Virus record (IMG/VR): IMGVR_UViG_3300031994_000057
Location: 22,941-86,940 of that record
Reading direction: 5' to 3' (one strand)
DNA: 64,000 bases
Source: a virus
Lineage: Duplodnaviria; Caudoviricetes
The notes under the pieces were generated by a model that was not told where the DNA came from, did no database searches, and saw only the letters and a program-made list of their open reading frames with translations. Numbering within the stretch: the stretch's first letter is position 1; each line of letters starts with the position of its first letter. Position numbers and translations under genes: made by a program. Positions 19,545 through 28,636 of the stretch are shown one piece after another.

Positions 19545-20033
19545 ATGTTTAAGAAACGAGAAAAAATAGATAAGCAAGAGGTATTTGACTCACTATTATT
19601 TTCATTTGAAAAATCGGCTGGTAATGCAGCTAGAATCACATTTAGATTAGCAGGTACAGAGAATATGAAGAGCCATCTTAAATTCTCTATAATGGTTAAT
19701 GATATTATGAAGTATAAAGATAATCCTATAATATTATTTGAACCTGAATCTCATAAACCTGCTATTCCATTCTTTAAACAACAATTAGATTCAGATGGTA
19801 AAGTGGTAAGCTTTATACTTATATTAAAGGAATTCTTAGAGAATGCTAATTCATTAGTTATAGAGAGTTTGAAAGATAAAGACCATGTGTTATATCGTAT
19901 CACTTCAGAGTATGATGACTTTATTACCGAATTATCATTCTATGAATCTGATATGTATCCATCTGTTTCTAAATATATTATCAATACAACAGCAGATGCT
20001 ATTTATAAAAAAGCTATGAAGGGGAATAAATAA
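19545..20033 (+). CDS. hypothetical protein
   Basis: ORF track; late-type promoter 19507-19518. Confidence 0.65.
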   Translation: MFKKREKIDKQEVFDSLLFSFEKSAGNAARITFRLAGTENMKSHLKFSIMVNDIMKYKDNPIILFEPESHKPAIPFFKQQLDSDGKVVSFILILKEFLENANSLVIESLKDKDHVLYRITSEYDDFITELSFYESDMYPSVSKYIINTTADAIYKKAMKGNK

Positions 20034-20036
20034 TCA

Positions 20037-20174
20037 ATGAAACATTATTTAATTACAGTAGAAGAAATTAACTCACCTGAAACTAAGAAGACTTATGTAA
20101 TAAATCAATATGAGAAAGATAAAGTTGACTCAATAATAAAAGAGAGTCTAGAAAATAAAGATATAGAAGATTAG
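20037..20174 (+). CDS. small hypothetical protein (45 aa)
   Basis: Fills the gap between flanking genes; GAAGGGG RBS. Confidence 0.45.
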   Translation: MKHYLITVEEINSPETKKTYVINQYEKDKVDSIIKESLENKDIED

Positions 20175-20186
20175 AGGAAATATATT

Positions 20187-21638
20187 ATGGATAATAATAA
20201 GATTGATATAATTGATATCACATGTAAACAACATGAATCCAAACCGATAATAACTATAGATGTAATTTGCTCTAATGCATGTTGGTATCGTATAACAATG
20301 CGTAAAAATTCTATTCTTATGAATAGAGTAGAATTAAGTTTAGATAAATCTGATATAAGTTGGTATATTGATAAAGATCATTATGAGATATATAACCGTC
20401 AGTCACTAATTTTACCTATTCCTATCGTTATCGATGAGTGTTATCATTTTAATGATTTAATAGCAACATATTCTTTACGTAGTAGAGCGTTATTTTGTAT
20501 CGATGATATATTCGAAAAATATATTCCTGAAAAATCAAACATTGCACAAATACGAGAGCTAGTATTTGATGTAATTAATCAAAATTATGATGTGTATATG
20601 TTTATGAAGAATATATATGATAATAAGTTATTAAAAGAAGATGATAACATTTCTATCAAAACGGTAGCAATTGAAACTAACGAAGATAAATCTAGTATAG
20701 AAATATATAAATTAAAAGGTGATACATTCTATAAAATATGGATACGTAGGGATAGTAATAATGCTAAATATTTAATAAGCTTTTATGAATTAAAAGATAA
20801 TATATTATTTTATCCAAATATTTCAGAATGCGAAGTAGAGCATTATATAATGTTTCCTGGTCCTTTTTATATTGATGGTGAAAAACCTTTTAATCTTGAT
20901 TCGGCTGGTGTACATTATATATTCGATACAAAAAAGTTAATAATATCTAATGCAAAATTATATACTACAACTTATGGCCATGATGATTATGATATTATAT
21001 ATTCACTAGAGAATGATGAAGAATTCCATGATTTTGCAAAGTATAATGCAGATAAAGATTTCGAGGATTCAGTAATGGATGATATTAAGAATAATGATTT
21101 TAGTAAATGGCAACAGGTACCTATAGTAGAATTTCCTGGATTTGACAGGAATTGTGATATTGATGAACCAATTAGATTAGGTGATATAGAATATACTATT
21201 GATTTCGCTGTATCTAATAGAAATGCTAGGAATTATTCACAAGAATTCATTTACAGAACATTTGGTTATCCTCTCGCTGCTGATAAAACTCTTATTGATA
21301 TTAAATTTAATAAGAATGCTACAATTTTAATATGGAGTAATGGTTCTAAGACTGTTGTTAAGTGTGCTAAGTCTGATAATTATAATCCTTTAGCTGGTGT
21401 TGCTATTGCTCTTTTCAAAGAGAATATTGGTGGTGATTTTAGAGATTTTCTCAATTTTATAGATGAGAAATATGAAGAGTCTAAAGAATTTGAGAAACGT
21501 AAAGAAGCTAGAGCAGCCAAGAAGAAAGAGAAGAAGAAAAAAGCAGAGAAGGCTGTTAAACAGAAAGCTGTAGAAGATAAACTTTTACAACAGGCTGAAA
21601 ATCAATATAAAAGACGTACTAGAAAATCTAGTAAATAA
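20187..21638 (+). CDS. hypothetical protein with C-terminal IKFNKNATILIWSNGSKTVVKC domain and Lys-rich tail
   Basis: The domain is common in Firmicute phage proteins. Confidence 0.65.
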   Translation: MDNNKIDIIDITCKQHESKPIITIDVICSNACWYRITMRKNSILMNRVELSLDKSDISWYIDKDHYEIYNRQSLILPIPIVIDECYHFNDLIATYSLRSRALFCIDDIFEKYIPEKSNIAQIRELVFDVINQNYDVYMFMKNIYDNKLLKEDDNISIKTVAIETNEDKSSIEIYKLKGDTFYKIWIRRDSNNAKYLISFYELKDNILFYPNISECEVEHYIMFPGPFYIDGEKPFNLDSAGVHYIFDTKKLIISNAKLYTTTYGHDDYDIIYSLENDEEFHDFAKYNADKDFEDSVMDDIKNNDFSKWQQVPIVEFPGFDRNCDIDEPIRLGDIEYTIDFAVSNRNARNYSQEFIYRTFGYPLAADKTLIDIKFNKNATILIWSNGSKTVVKCAKSDNYNPLAGVAIALFKENIGGDFRDFLNFIDEKYEESKEFEKRKEARAAKKKEKKKKAEKAVKQKAVEDKLLQQAENQYKRRTRKSSK

Positions 21639-21660
21639 TATCTAAAAGGAGGTGAGTTTA

Positions 21661-22704
21661 GTGGATTGGAATTTGTATAGACAATTCCTATTAACTAATA
21701 TTCCAACTGCTAGAACTGCCTCTGGTGGAACATTCGTTACTTGTAAATGTATGGAATGTGGAGATTCTCTAAAGTCTAAGAATACACACATGTATATCAG
21801 TATTCCTCAGAATGATGATGATGTATCTTGGTACTATTGTCATAAATGTAATTGCTATGGGTGGGTTACTCATAACACATTAATCAAATGGGGATTATTT
21901 GATAAAGATATTGCTCTGGGATTATCTGAGCATATAACTAAGATAAGACTATCAGGTAAGGGTGACAGACTTTTCCGTCCGTCAGTATATCGAATTAGGC
22001 ATAGTTACGTGACCCCTAATGCGAAAACAGAAGAAAAACGACAATATGTGTGTAATCGTATAGGAAGAGACCTTTCAGTGGCTGATTTGTGCAATTTGAA
22101 GATTTGTCTCAATTTGATAGACTTATTAGAAGAAAACAATATTCGATATCTAACTAGAGATAAGAGTATTGTTGAACAGTTAGACAGAGAGTTTGTTGGA
22201 TTTATATCTATAGATAACGCATTCCTTAATATGAGAAGAACTTGTGATGAGGGAATTGTAAATGAGAATATCGATAAGAGATATATCAATTATAGAATAT
22301 TTGATAAAGAAGATACAGCGCAAAGATTCTATACAATTCCATCGCAAGTAGATTTAAATTCTAGGAATAGAATTAAATTACATATAGCAGAAGGACCATT
22401 TGATATTTTATCAGTATATCTAAATCTTAGAAATTGTGAACCTGGAATATATACAGCTGTATCAGGAAATAATTATTTCAATATTATTATGCATTTCTTA
22501 TCGACTATGAAGTTACCATATGTCTCTTTAGAAATGTATATAGATAATGATGCTTATGGATCAATTGATAGAATTAAGAGTATTATGGATAAGATTCCTG
22601 ATAAGACTATTCCTGTATATATTCATAAGAATACATATCCAGGTGAGAAGGATTTTGGTGTACCTTTGAATAGAATAAATGAGTCTGTATTGAAACTAAG
22701 ATAA
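21661..22704 (+). CDS. DNA primase (Zn finger plus TOPRIM)
   Basis: CMECGD...YYCHKC Zn ribbon, IAEGPFDILS, YIDND; GTG start after AAGGAGG. Confidence 0.8.
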   Translation: MDWNLYRQFLLTNIPTARTASGGTFVTCKCMECGDSLKSKNTHMYISIPQNDDDVSWYYCHKCNCYGWVTHNTLIKWGLFDKDIALGLSEHITKIRLSGKGDRLFRPSVYRIRHSYVTPNAKTEEKRQYVCNRIGRDLSVADLCNLKICLNLIDLLEENNIRYLTRDKSIVEQLDREFVGFISIDNAFLNMRRTCDEGIVNENIDKRYINYRIFDKEDTAQRFYTIPSQVDLNSRNRIKLHIAEGPFDILSVYLNLRNCEPGIYTAVSGNNYFNIIMHFLSTMKLPYVSLEMYIDNDAYGSIDRIKSIMDKIPDKTIPVYIHKNTYPGEKDFGVPLNRINESVLKLR

Positions 22705-22717
22705 TGGGGGATTACTT

Positions 22718-22888
22718 ATGTTTGCTATGAAAGATGAACAATCTGGAAAAGTTAAGTTTAGAGGAACCGAAGCAGAATGTTTAGAATTCTCTAAACAGAA
22801 TCCTAATTATAAATATGTCATGGAAGATTTAGATAAAGATAAGGAGAAGTTCAAGAAGTATCAAGTAGTAGATTCTATAGAAGATTAA
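22718..22888 (+). CDS. small hypothetical protein (56 aa)
   Basis: GGGGG RBS; not in the track. Confidence 0.5.
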   Translation: MFAMKDEQSGKVKFRGTEAECLEFSKQNPNYKYVMEDLDKDKEKFKKYQVVDSIED

Positions 22889-22905
22889 TTCAAAGGAGTT
22901 TCTCG

Positions 22906-23103
22906 ATGGTTGATTCACAAACAATAGAAGAGTTAAAGAAGGATATTATATTTAGTTGTGAATTTATATTAGATGATGACGATGATGTTTCTGTAAGAAA
23001 ATCATTTATATCTTTATTCGTAGAAAAGAGTTTGAGAAAATCTAAATTATCAGATGATATCATGAGAGATATCATTGAAGATATATGTAATGAATTAGTC
23101 TAA
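22906..23103 (+). CDS. hypothetical protein
   Basis: AAGGAG RBS. Confidence 0.6.
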   Translation: MVDSQTIEELKKDIIFSCEFILDDDDDVSVRKSFISLFVEKSLRKSKLSDDIMRDIIEDICNELV

Positions 23104-23117
23104 GAAAGGAGGACCAT

Positions 23118-23363
23118 ATGAATATTCCCTGGGCGATGCATATTAATCTATCTCATAATAAAGAAAATCTAGAACGATTTACAACGAATATTAAATTCGA
23201 TGAAGATATGAAAAAATATTCATATGATATAGATGATATATTAGACCAGATTAAAGAGATGCTAGAGAAATATGGTCCTATAGAATATCATAAGTCTGTT
23301 GATGTAAAAGCATTAGAAAGATTTATGATGAAACGATTAGTAGAAATGGATAAGATAAAATAA
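23118..23363 (+). CDS. hypothetical protein
   Basis: AGGAGG RBS. Confidence 0.65.
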   Translation: MNIPWAMHINLSHNKENLERFTTNIKFDEDMKKYSYDIDDILDQIKEMLEKYGPIEYHKSVDVKALERFMMKRLVEMDKIK

Positions 23364-23410
23364 GTGGAGTCACATACTCCACTTATTTAATTTCAGTTGG
23401 AGGTATTAAA

Positions 23411-23602
23411 ATGGCTAAAGTATATTTAAAAGATAAGATGTATGGCTTCTTAATCGATGCTGATAAGATAGTCAAATTTGAGAAGAATGAGAAGAAAGGT
23501 GAAGTCACAGCATACTTAGCAATGGGTGATAAGTATGATACTATCATTCTTTCTGCAGAGACTTACAATAATTATATGAAGAATTGTAAGATTATATATT
23601 AA
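23411..23602 (+). CDS. hypothetical protein
   Basis: GGAGGT RBS. Confidence 0.65.
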   Translation: MAKVYLKDKMYGFLIDADKIVKFEKNEKKGEVTAYLAMGDKYDTIILSAETYNNYMKNCKIIY

Positions 23603-23617
23603 TGGAGGTATTATATT

Positions 23618-24724
23618 ATGGAATTTCATATAAATGATAAGGTAAAATTTAAATCAATAAATGAGAATAATGAAATTCGATCTGGTAAAATTACTGAAAT
23701 CATTGATGATAGTTATTTATTTAACAGAAAATTTTATAATATCTGTTCAGAAGGTGAAGTTTATCTAAATATACCTGAAGGGTCCATTATTAGTTATTTT
23801 CCAGTTACAGATTGTATTGAAGATGAATGTGTCGATGCAGTGAAAGAGCAGGAGAGACCTTCCGATAAGTATAAAAATTATAAACGTGGTGATTGTGTTT
23901 ACCTTATAAATGATCCAATGAATGTACACGATCACGTAATTATCACTGCAATTTATTCGGACAATACTATAGGTGTAATTGATTTGCTTGGAAGAGTCTA
24001 TGTATTGGATTTATCGAATACTTTTATAAAACGGAATTTTGGTAATATCATTATTCCTGGGTTTGGCGAAGTAAATGAAACAAGAATACCTGTTTTTGAC
24101 GATTTTAAATATCATTATGGTGATATTGTTACATATACCAGTGGATTAGATAAATATGTTGGAAGAATTGAAAGTGGAATACATATTGAAATAGTCTATA
24201 CAGATTTATATCCATCATCAATTGAATATCAAATTATAAATATAGATAGCTCAATTAATGCATTGAGGAATTATAATGAGATAGAACCTGGTGATTATAG
24301 AATGAAAGAGCAGGAGAATAAAATCACCATGGAAGATATTCGGAACTGTTTCGATGATGACTTTGCCGCAGATGGTGATGATAAGTGTGATGCTGAAGAA
24401 GATTATCGCTGTTCATATCAAGACAAAATTGGATGTCCTGTTGAAATTTTTACAGGTCCATTAGCACCACTTCAATCATTCAAAGATATCTCTGAAATAA
24501 GATTTGATAAACCTGAAATAACTATAGTTTATTCTAATGGCGGAGAGTCTAATGTTGAACTTCCAAAGAATGCATATAATAAGAAAGTAGGTTTTCTCTT
24601 AGCATATCTTAAGGGAATATTAGATGATATAGAATATGCTAGAGTCGCTGGTATTATGGAATCGATCAATAAGGAACCTCAGCAGATTATTGTGAATTTA
24701 GAGACTTATAATGAAGATGATTAG
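23618..24724 (+). CDS. hypothetical protein, tandem paralog 1 (repeated SH3/KOW-like modules)
   Basis: Shares IEPGDYRMKEQE and NGGESN.ELP...YNKKVGFLLAY with the next gene. Confidence 0.7.
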   Translation: MEFHINDKVKFKSINENNEIRSGKITEIIDDSYLFNRKFYNICSEGEVYLNIPEGSIISYFPVTDCIEDECVDAVKEQERPSDKYKNYKRGDCVYLINDPMNVHDHVIITAIYSDNTIGVIDLLGRVYVLDLSNTFIKRNFGNIIIPGFGEVNETRIPVFDDFKYHYGDIVTYTSGLDKYVGRIESGIHIEIVYTDLYPSSIEYQIINIDSSINALRNYNEIEPGDYRMKEQENKITMEDIRNCFDDDFAADGDDKCDAEEDYRCSYQDKIGCPVEIFTGPLAPLQSFKDISEIRFDKPEITIVYSNGGESNVELPKNAYNKKVGFLLAYLKGILDDIEYARVAGIMESINKEPQQIIVNLETYNEDD

Positions 24725-24737
24725 GAGGTATTATATT

Positions 24738-25811
24738 ATGGAATTACAAATAAAAGATAAAGTAAAGTTTAGAAGTGTATCCGAGAACTTAGTAAAGATT
24801 GGTTTGATTAAAAATATTACTCATAAACTTAATAATCCTAATAATAAATATGAGATTCTTGCTGATGACGGAGAATTGTATCTTAATGTATATGAAGATG
24901 ATATAATTAGCTTTCTTGGTTTTGGCCCTTCATATATGACTGATGAATGTAATGATACAGTAGAAGAGTTGACGGCAAACTGTATTGACAAGGCTAAAGT
25001 TGAAGTAGGTGATTGTGTTTATCTTGAGCATAAATCAGATAAAGAAATAAAAGGTGATTTTATCATTACATATATCCTGGGTAATAAAATAGAGTTATTA
25101 TCTTTAACAGGAATACATTATTTTGTTTACAAAGAAAATGTCAAAATCACTGCAAATATAGGTTCTATATTTATTCCTGGAGTAGGATACAGTCATACAG
25201 TATTACTTAATAAAGGTAAAATAGACACAGATACCTTCATGTATAGATTAGGTGATATTGTTACTATTAAAGCCACAAAACGAGTAGGTAAGATTGTTGA
25301 TGCTTATTTCTCTAGAAGTAACGGATGTATAGCATATAAAATTGATTATTTTGATAACAATGAAGATGAGTATATAGTATGGCAACCTTATACTAATATA
25401 GAACCTGGTGATTATAGAATGAAAGAGCAGGAGCAGAAGACTAAATCAGATAAAAATTTTACATATGAATGGGATGAAGAATCAGGACTCTCAGTACATG
25501 GACGCTGTGATAAATGCCCTGCTACGGATATTCTCAATCAAGATTCATTAGCAGGTTTACGTTCTCATGATGATATATGCTCAATAAGTTTTCATAAACC
25601 TTTGGTATCTATATATTATAATAATGGCGGAGAGTCTAATATTGAACTTCCAGAGATTGTATATAATAAGAAAGTAGGTTTTCTCCTGGCATATATTCAA
25701 GGTTTAGTATCAACCAAAGAATATCATAAAGTTATCAGTGTTATGGAATCAATCAACAAAAACCCTCAGCAGGATATTGAATTTGATGAGACTTGTAATG
25801 AAGATGATTAA
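24738..25811 (+). CDS. hypothetical protein, tandem paralog 2
   Basis: Identical RBS/start context GGAGGTATTATATTATGGAATT. Confidence 0.7.
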   Translation: MELQIKDKVKFRSVSENLVKIGLIKNITHKLNNPNNKYEILADDGELYLNVYEDDIISFLGFGPSYMTDECNDTVEELTANCIDKAKVEVGDCVYLEHKSDKEIKGDFIITYILGNKIELLSLTGIHYFVYKENVKITANIGSIFIPGVGYSHTVLLNKGKIDTDTFMYRLGDIVTIKATKRVGKIVDAYFSRSNGCIAYKIDYFDNNEDEYIVWQPYTNIEPGDYRMKEQEQKTKSDKNFTYEWDEESGLSVHGRCDKCPATDILNQDSLAGLRSHDDICSISFHKPLVSIYYNNGGESNIELPEIVYNKKVGFLLAYIQGLVSTKEYHKVISVMESINKNPQQDIEFDETCNEDD

Positions 25812-25823
25812 GAGGTATTCTCT

Positions 25824-26081
25824 ATGGCTAAGAATAATAAGTTGATTGATACTTGTAATAGGCTATTAGCAGATAAGATATCTCAAATATTACCATGTGC
25901 ATTCTGTTCATTCTTAGTAGTACTCTATGAAGAATATGGTTGGACAACAGACCAATTAGAAGAGTTATTAAATAGAGTACAAGCTAGATATGATGAACTA
26001 GAAGAAATGGGTAATAAACAGATGAATACTTACTGTGAAGAACGTACAGGAATCACTCTAATACCAAACAAAGACAGATAA
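25824..26081 (+). CDS. hypothetical protein
   Basis: ORF track; terminator at 26089-26130. Confidence 0.65.
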   Translation: MAKNNKLIDTCNRLLADKISQILPCAFCSFLVVLYEEYGWTTDQLEELLNRVQARYDELEEMGNKQMNTYCEERTGITLIPNKDR

Positions 26082-26132
26082 GAAATAGCCAGAGGAGTAT
26101 AATACTCCTCTGGTGTTTTATTTTTTTTTTAT

Positions 26133-26526
26133 AAAAGTTAGATATTTCAATAATATATTATATCTATGAATAAAGTTGAGAAGAAATAATTGTGGAGGCT
26201 ATATGTATGAGAAAGCGACTTAGCTTCATTAAAGATTATTTCGATACTAAATATTGCGAAATCATATATAGACATGATATCCACAATGAGAAATTTATCC
26301 ATAAAATAATTTATTGGATAATCTCAAAAACCATTATTAAATAGCCACCAACTATTTATATTGGTATATCTAGATAATTAATCATCTGATTAATGAGTAT
26401 CATAATAACAATATGTGAAATGGTATAACAATCTTCTCAATAACTTTATTCATATTATTTCATAGTTATTATGATATTAATATCTTAATAGAGAAAGAGG
26501 AGCATAATACTCCTCTTTCTTTTTTT
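26133..26526 (+). other. IR-bracketed small-gene cassette A1
   Basis: Early promoter 26133-26162; IR 26166-26184 pairs with 26432-26453; antisense late-type promoter 26467-26456; terminator 26491-26526. Confidence 0.75.
26207..26344 (+). CDS. cassette A1 small protein (45 aa) MRKRLSFIKDYFDTKYCEIIY...WIISKTIIK
   Basis: GGAGG RBS 8 nt upstream. Confidence 0.65.
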   Translation: MRKRLSFIKDYFDTKYCEIIYRHDIHNEKFIHKIIYWIISKTIIK

Positions 26527-26533
26527 ATAAAAA

Positions 26534-26880
26534 AAAAGTAGATTATTTCCATAATATATTATATCTATGAAAGAAACTAGAATAAATATAAAGAAAGGAA
26601 AATTAATAGATATGAGAAGAATTGTATTTAATCTTAGATCTAAACTTGATGATATTTATATCTCCAGATATTATGAAGATATGATTTCTGATTGTGATAG
26701 GTCTTTCTATTATAATATTTTAAAATACTTATGTATCTTTCTTTATAAGATCGAGCATCTATAATTATCGCAACTAATTATAGATGAGATATCAATCAAG
26801 TTAATATTATATCCCAATTTCTATATATTGACTATATTCTAGTTTCTTTCGTTATCTTAAAGTTAACCTAGTTTTATTTT
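26534..26880 (+). other. IR-bracketed small-gene cassette B1
   Basis: Perfect 16-bp IR 26569-26584 / 26835-26850; antisense late-type promoter 26864-26853. Confidence 0.75.
26612..26764 (+). CDS. cassette B1 small protein (50 aa) MRRIVFNLRSKLDDIYISRYYE...LYKIEHL
   Basis: AGAAAGG RBS; same length and pattern as the B2 protein. Confidence 0.65.
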   Translation: MRRIVFNLRSKLDDIYISRYYEDMISDCDRSFYYNILKYLCIFLYKIEHL

Positions 26881-26885
26881 TTTGT

Positions 26886-27226
26886 AAAAGTTGGTTATTT
26901 CAATAATATATTATAGATATGAAAGAAACTAGAATAAATATGGTACAAAGGAGATGATATAATATGAAGCCTTTGCTTAATAAAGCTAGGTCTATTATAG
27001 ATACTAAATATATTTATATCTTATATGAACTCACACTTCAGAATAAGAATAATAGTATTATCTGTAATATATTATCTATAATTAGTAATGTATTATATAC
27101 ATTAGAGAATTTATAAAATAAATTCATATCTTCATAACTCCATAAGTTAATATAATTCCCAATTTCTATATATTAACTATATTCTAGTTTCTTTCATTAT
27201 CTCAAAGTTAATCATGTTTTATTTTT
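26886..27226 (+). other. IR-bracketed small-gene cassette B2
   Basis: IR 26921-26936 / 27180-27195; antisense late-type promoter 27209-27198; ~80-bp 3' tail nearly identical to B1. Confidence 0.75.
26964..27116 (+). CDS. cassette B2 small protein (50 aa) MKPLLNKARSIIDTKYIYILYE...LYTLENL
   Basis: AAAGGAG RBS. Confidence 0.7.
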   Translation: MKPLLNKARSIIDTKYIYILYELTLQNKNNSIICNILSIISNVLYTLENL

Positions 27227-27228
27227 GT

Positions 27229-27633
27229 AAAAGTAGATTATTTCAATTATATATTATAGATATGAATAAAGCCATGAAGAAATAAATTCATGGAGGATAT
27301 TTAGAATGATTGATAAGATTAAGAATTCAATTATTCAATATTTAAGAGGCAAGATATATTATTTTGTACTATTTAAATATCATCCACGAAGAGACAAAAG
27401 CCCAGAGCATTGAGCTCTGGGTATTGTCCAAAATTCTTAAATAGTCTCACCACTATTAAGAATAAATCTGTAATAAGTTAAATTTCCTCACAAGAATTTA
27501 ACGAGTATCACAATACAATATGTAAAGTAATAATCAAATCTTCATTACAGCTTTATTCATATTACTTTATAGTTATTGTGGTATTAATATCTTAGCAAAG
27601 AAAGAGGAGCACATACTTCTCTTTCTTTTTTTT
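27229..27633 (+). other. IR-bracketed small-gene cassette A2
   Basis: IR 27262-27280 / 27539-27560; antisense late-type promoter 27574-27563; 3' tail and terminator nearly identical to A1. Confidence 0.75.
27306..27444 (+). pseudogene. cassette A2 small protein, apparently frameshifted by 1 nt
   Basis: 35-aa ORF stops at 27413; the +1 frame gives IHEETKAQSIELWVLSKILK, matching A1 IHNEKF...YWIISKTIIK; removing one base gives 45 aa, like A1. Confidence 0.55.
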
Positions 27634-27725
27634 ACGTAGGGTCTATAGATTGAGTCTTAACTTTATTATAATATGTATATTTAGTAAAAATTTATATATA
27701 ATAATTCTAAAAGGAGGATTATACT

Positions 27726-28523
27726 ATGTCATATATTACACCCGGTACAGACGGCAAATGGTATCCTGAAAAGGAACCTGTAATCCCTCGTGTATATCAT
27801 GAACATCTCTCAGAAGAGCAACTTTTAAATTTATACAGCCCTACTGAGATCCAATCTTTATATAACAAAGCGTACTTTGTATCTAATCCTAATGCATTTC
27901 CTGCTAACGGATATCTTGGAGCAAAGTGCGAATATGTAGACAAATGTCAGAGCGGAGCTCGCCTTAAACCTGGTTCAAAGACAACTAATCAGGTTATTAA
28001 GTCTATGAGAATTAGAAACCTTGGTACAGCGAAAGCATGGGTTAGATTATTCATTGCTATCCCTTCAATTCTTGATGATGCTCAGCCCGATTTCGATGCT
28101 TCCAAGAATGTACTTCATTTCAATACAGATTCTGCTAAGGGTCTTGCTGAAGGACAGTGGAACTATGGTAAGGCTATGGATAGAGCAGCTGGCGCATATG
28201 TTGGACCTTCTGGTTGGAACTTTTATGCTACAACTATCAAGGGTATCGCTTACAATGTATATGTAGCTACACTTGAGACAGCTCTTATGCCTGGACAGCT
28301 TTCATCTGAAGCAGTATTCCAGGTATATCTTGATGCTAAGTGCTCTGAAGATGATATCATTAAGATCAATAAGACATTCGGAACAGATAAGTGGCAGATG
28401 TATGCTGCAGCTGAAGCTGTTGCTGCTGAAGGTATTGATGAAGATGATACAGAAGATGCATTCACAGCATTCGCTAAGATTTATGAAGAAGTAGGCGAAG
28501 GAAAGCATAATCCTTTTGCTTAA
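27726..28523 (+). CDS. protein with a phage N-terminal motif fused to a camelysin/SipW-substrate-like beta-sandwich domain
   Basis: RIRNLGTAKAWVRLFIA...FQVYLD...AAAEAVAAEG pattern; PVIPRVYHEHL shared with 33417-33689. Confidence 0.5.
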   Translation: MSYITPGTDGKWYPEKEPVIPRVYHEHLSEEQLLNLYSPTEIQSLYNKAYFVSNPNAFPANGYLGAKCEYVDKCQSGARLKPGSKTTNQVIKSMRIRNLGTAKAWVRLFIAIPSILDDAQPDFDASKNVLHFNTDSAKGLAEGQWNYGKAMDRAAGAYVGPSGWNFYATTIKGIAYNVYVATLETALMPGQLSSEAVFQVYLDAKCSEDDIIKINKTFGTDKWQMYAAAEAVAAEGIDEDDTEDAFTAFAKIYEEVGEGKHNPFA

Positions 28524-28636
28524 TCTCTTTGTAGATATATCACCTTTCTATTTTAAGGCATTCATTAAAAAAACGTGATCTCTCGGGATTAAATATCCCG
28601 AGAGATTATTTTTTATTATCGTACTAACCTTAATAT

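Noticed and set aside
26567-26611. 65-aa start for cassette B1 as given in the track
   Set aside because: The RBS and the 50-aa paralog B2 favour the ATG at 26612; the upstream ATG is part of the IR arm
26133-27633. CRISPR array
   Set aside because: Units are ~350 bp, contain promoters, RBSs and ORFs; no 25-45-nt repeat-spacer periodicity and no cas genes
5144-27633. MITE or integron-cassette interpretation of the IR units
   Set aside because: No target-site duplications, transposase or integrase seen; the arms tolerate bulges and sit at predicted transcript ends, which favours RNA pairing. Not fully excluded
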